Part shown: positions 61,634-64,000 of the stretch, piece by piece
How the letters are laid out: the number at the start of each line of letters is the position of its first letter
Position numbering within the stretch: position 1 is the stretch's first letter
Assembly: GCA_965216565.1 (NCBI GenBank)
Contig: OZ244170.1
Span: 4,384,001-4,448,000, forward strand
Origin: Bythopirellula sp.
GTDB lineage: Bacteria > Planctomycetota > Planctomycetia > Pirellulales > Lacipirellulaceae
Direction of reading: 5' to 3'
Length of the DNA stretch: 64,000 nucleotides
Notes under the pieces: model-generated
What the model was told of the DNA's origin: nothing
Databases searched by the model: none
Seen by the model: the letters and a program-made list of their open reading frames with translations, nothing else
Position numbers and translations under genes: made by a program

Positions 61634-63046
61634 ATGAGTGAATTTCGCACCGAACGCGACACGATGGGCGAGATGCAAGTGCCTGCCGATGCGTTGTATG
61701 GAGCTTCGACCGCGCGGGCAGTGGATAATTTTCCTGTTGCCCATGAGCCGGTTCCAGCGGCAGTGATTCATGCCTTCGGGTATCTCAAGGCTGCGTGCGC
61801 GGAAGCGAATCGCGATTTGGATAAGCTCGACGCGAAACGGGCCCAGGCAATTGTGGCTGCGGCCGAGGAAGTGGCCGCAGGCAAGCACGATTCGCAATTC
61901 CCTGTGGATATCTATCAGACGGGGTCGGGCACGTCGACCAACATGAATGCCAATGAGGTGATTGCCAATCTGGCGAATGAAAAGCTCGGCTTTGGCATTG
62001 GTGCGAAGGGTGACGAGGGTGCTGTGCATCCCAACGATCATGTGAACATGGGGCAGAGCAGCAACGACACGTTCCCTACCGCCATGCACATTGCGGCTGT
62101 GTTGAGTTTGAAAAACGAGTTGATCCCTGCCATTGAAAAGTTGCATGCGGCGCTCGATGCAAAAGCTGCCGAGTGGGATAGTATCGTCAAAATTGGCCGC
62201 ACCCATCTGATGGACGCCACACCGATCCGTGTGGGTCAGGTTTTTGGCGGCTACGCGGCGCAAGCAAAATATGCTGTTGCCCGCGCAGAATTGGCATTGG
62301 GGCTGCGGGGGAATCTGCCCATCGGTGGAACAGCCGTGGGCACGGGGATTAATACGCATCCGGAGTTCGCACGTCGTGTCTGCGAATCGCTGGCAAATCG
62401 AGTTGGCGAGAAGTTTGAGGAAGCAGAAAACCATCCAGAGGCACAAGCAGCGAAAGATGCCTTTGTTGGTGCGCACGGCGAACTGCGGACGATCGCGGTC
62501 TCGCTTTCCAAGATCGCCAACGATATCCGCCATCTTGGTAGTGGTCCTCGCTGCAGCATCTTCGAACTCTCCCTCCCTGCCACCCAACCGGGAAGTTCCA
62601 TCATGCCGGGGAAGGTCAACCCGGTGATCTGCGAGTCGGTGATGCAGGTTTGCTGCCGCGTAATTGGCAACGACACGACGGTCACCACCGCCGGGCTAGG
62701 CGGCGTCGGTTCCGTGTTTGAGCTGAACGTGGCGATGCCGGTGATGATCGACGCGTTCTTGGAATCGGTAAAATTGCTGGCGAATGTCTCGAGCATCTTC
62801 GTCGACAAGTTGCTGGACGGCTTAGAAGTGAACGAAGAGCGTTGCCGCGAGCTGATCGACCAGTCGCTGATGATGGTGACGTCGCTAGCACCGAAGGTGG
62901 GATACGAGAAGTCGGCAGCGCTAGCCAAGGAAGCATTCAAAACAGGCCAAACGATTCGGCAGCTTTGCTTGGATCAAGATATTTTGCCCGAAGACGAACT
63001 AGACGGGCTGCTCGATCCCGATTCGATGACGCGACCGAGTGCTTGA
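61634..63046 (+). CDS. fumC: Fumarate hydratase class II
   Basis: QTGSGTSTNMN, HPNDHVN, GRTHLMDA, GSSIMPGKVNP. Confidence 0.96.
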   Translation: MSEFRTERDTMGEMQVPADALYGASTARAVDNFPVAHEPVPAAVIHAFGYLKAACAEANRDLDKLDAKRAQAIVAAAEEVAAGKHDSQFPVDIYQTGSGTSTNMNANEVIANLANEKLGFGIGAKGDEGAVHPNDHVNMGQSSNDTFPTAMHIAAVLSLKNELIPAIEKLHAALDAKAAEWDSIVKIGRTHLMDATPIRVGQVFGGYAAQAKYAVARAELALGLRGNLPIGGTAVGTGINTHPEFARRVCESLANRVGEKFEEAENHPEAQAAKDAFVGAHGELRTIAVSLSKIANDIRHLGSGPRCSIFELSLPATQPGSSIMPGKVNPVICESVMQVCCRVIGNDTTVTTAGLGGVGSVFELNVAMPVMIDAFLESVKLLANVSSIFVDKLLDGLEVNEERCRELIDQSLMMVTSLAPKVGYEKSAALAKEAFKTGQTIRQLCLDQDILPEDELDGLLDPDSMTRPSA

Positions 63047-63082
63047 CGTAGTCTGGCTTATCTAAACTCTGAGTTCACAAAG

Positions 63083-63152
63083 CAGCCGGAGGCACACTTG
63101 CCTCCGGAGAACGACGGACCGCCCACAACGGCGGGTAGACTATGGCGTTCCG
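63083..63152 (-). repeat. About 70-bp composite element, copy 2
   Basis: Homologous to 58989-59057. Confidence 0.8.
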
Positions 63153-63434
63153 TCTGCGGTGCAGTCTGCGAAGGCATAAGAACCAACGGCACCGAGTCAT
63201 TCACCTCGTCGAGCATCACGAACTGCCCCTGCGGTACTGCTAGCAGTCGAGGGGCGCGGCCCAAGGACCGCGGCTAGGTGGGGGGAATAGATAATTTCTT
63301 CTGATTAATCTGAGTTTTTTGATTGCAGAGGCTTTGCGGGCGTGGTCGATACCTATGGCCGAGGCGTCTGGTTTCCGGGCGTTCTCCGCTACAGGTTTTA
63401 ACCCCCTCAATTCCGCATAGCGAATACCAGAAGC

Positions 63435-64000
63435 ATGTCCGCGATTGAAAACTCCCGATCATTTCGAATTTCGTCCCTCTTCCTGCTGAGCCTGTCGGCA
63501 TTGGTGTACAGCGCCCATGCTGCTGAGCCTACAACCGTGGTCGTGTCAGACGGGCAGGCAAAAGCTAAGGTGACTGCGTCAAAGGCCTCCGCACCTAAGG
63601 CAAAAAAAACAAAGACGGGATCCGCGGCAGGCACGTTGGTATTCGTGGATCAAACGACTTCCAAGAAACAATCCACATCGAGAGCAAAGTCCACACGGCC
63701 AGCTCAACGTACCAGGCTAAACAGGACTGCTAGCAGACCTGCAAGCAAGGCGAACTCGCAAAGATCAACTAACCAAACGGTTCAAAGAACTACCAAGCCC
63801 GCGGCAACCGAGCAAGCCGCACGCGTCGCGCCCGCCAGAGTTGCGTCCAACAGAATTGATCGGCGTGTGCAACCGGCCTCCAGCGAGCAGCCCGTTGCCA
63901 AGGCAACTGAGCAGCCGCGGAAGGTGGCCAAAGTTCGTAAGCAGCAACCCAAGCCGGTTGATTCCGATCCGGTTGCGAAGATGTTAGTGCATGCTCATCA
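63435..64000 (+). CDS. Exported protein, N-terminal part (runs off window)
   Basis: Read manually: ATG 63435, signal peptide ending AHA-AEP, frame open to the window end. Confidence 0.7.
   Translation, partial: MSAIENSRSFRISSLFLLSLSALVYSAHAAEPTTVVVSDGQAKAKVTASKASAPKAKKTKTGSAAGTLVFVDQTTSKKQSTSRAKSTRPAQRTRLNRTASRPASKANSQRSTNQTVQRTTKPAATEQAARVAPARVASNRIDRRVQPASSEQPVAKATEQPRKVAKVRKQQPKPVDSDPVAKMLVHAH

Overview
A GC-rich bacterial chromosomal window, most likely from a planctomycete (Pirellulales-like). This is inferred from DUF1559, PEP-CTERM/dockerin-like, PQQ-propeller and Cys-rich secreted proteins and the rpe-phosphatase-accD-kinase gene order. Housekeeping genes include nadA, mutY, pntAA/AB/B, an M32 carboxypeptidase, bshB1-like, xerC, uppP, groES-groEL, prfB (programmed +1 frameshift), mnmA, accD, rpe, scpB, mscS and fumC. 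The most striking unexplained structure is a small, divergent HUH/Y1 (RAYT-like) nuclease gene at 13186-13674. It is embedded in a family of about 22 REP-like hairpins (TAGCCGCGA-nnn-loop-n'n'n'-TCGCCGG) whose inner stems covary. These hairpins occur as 'empty' doublets and as doublets 'filled' with one passenger gene, and they also separate a cassette-like run of accessory genes. Several further repeat families (7-mer and 9-mer inverted arrays, other TAGCC/GTAG hairpins) and two highly Cys-rich secreted repeat proteins are present. I found no rRNA, tRNA or CRISPR array.
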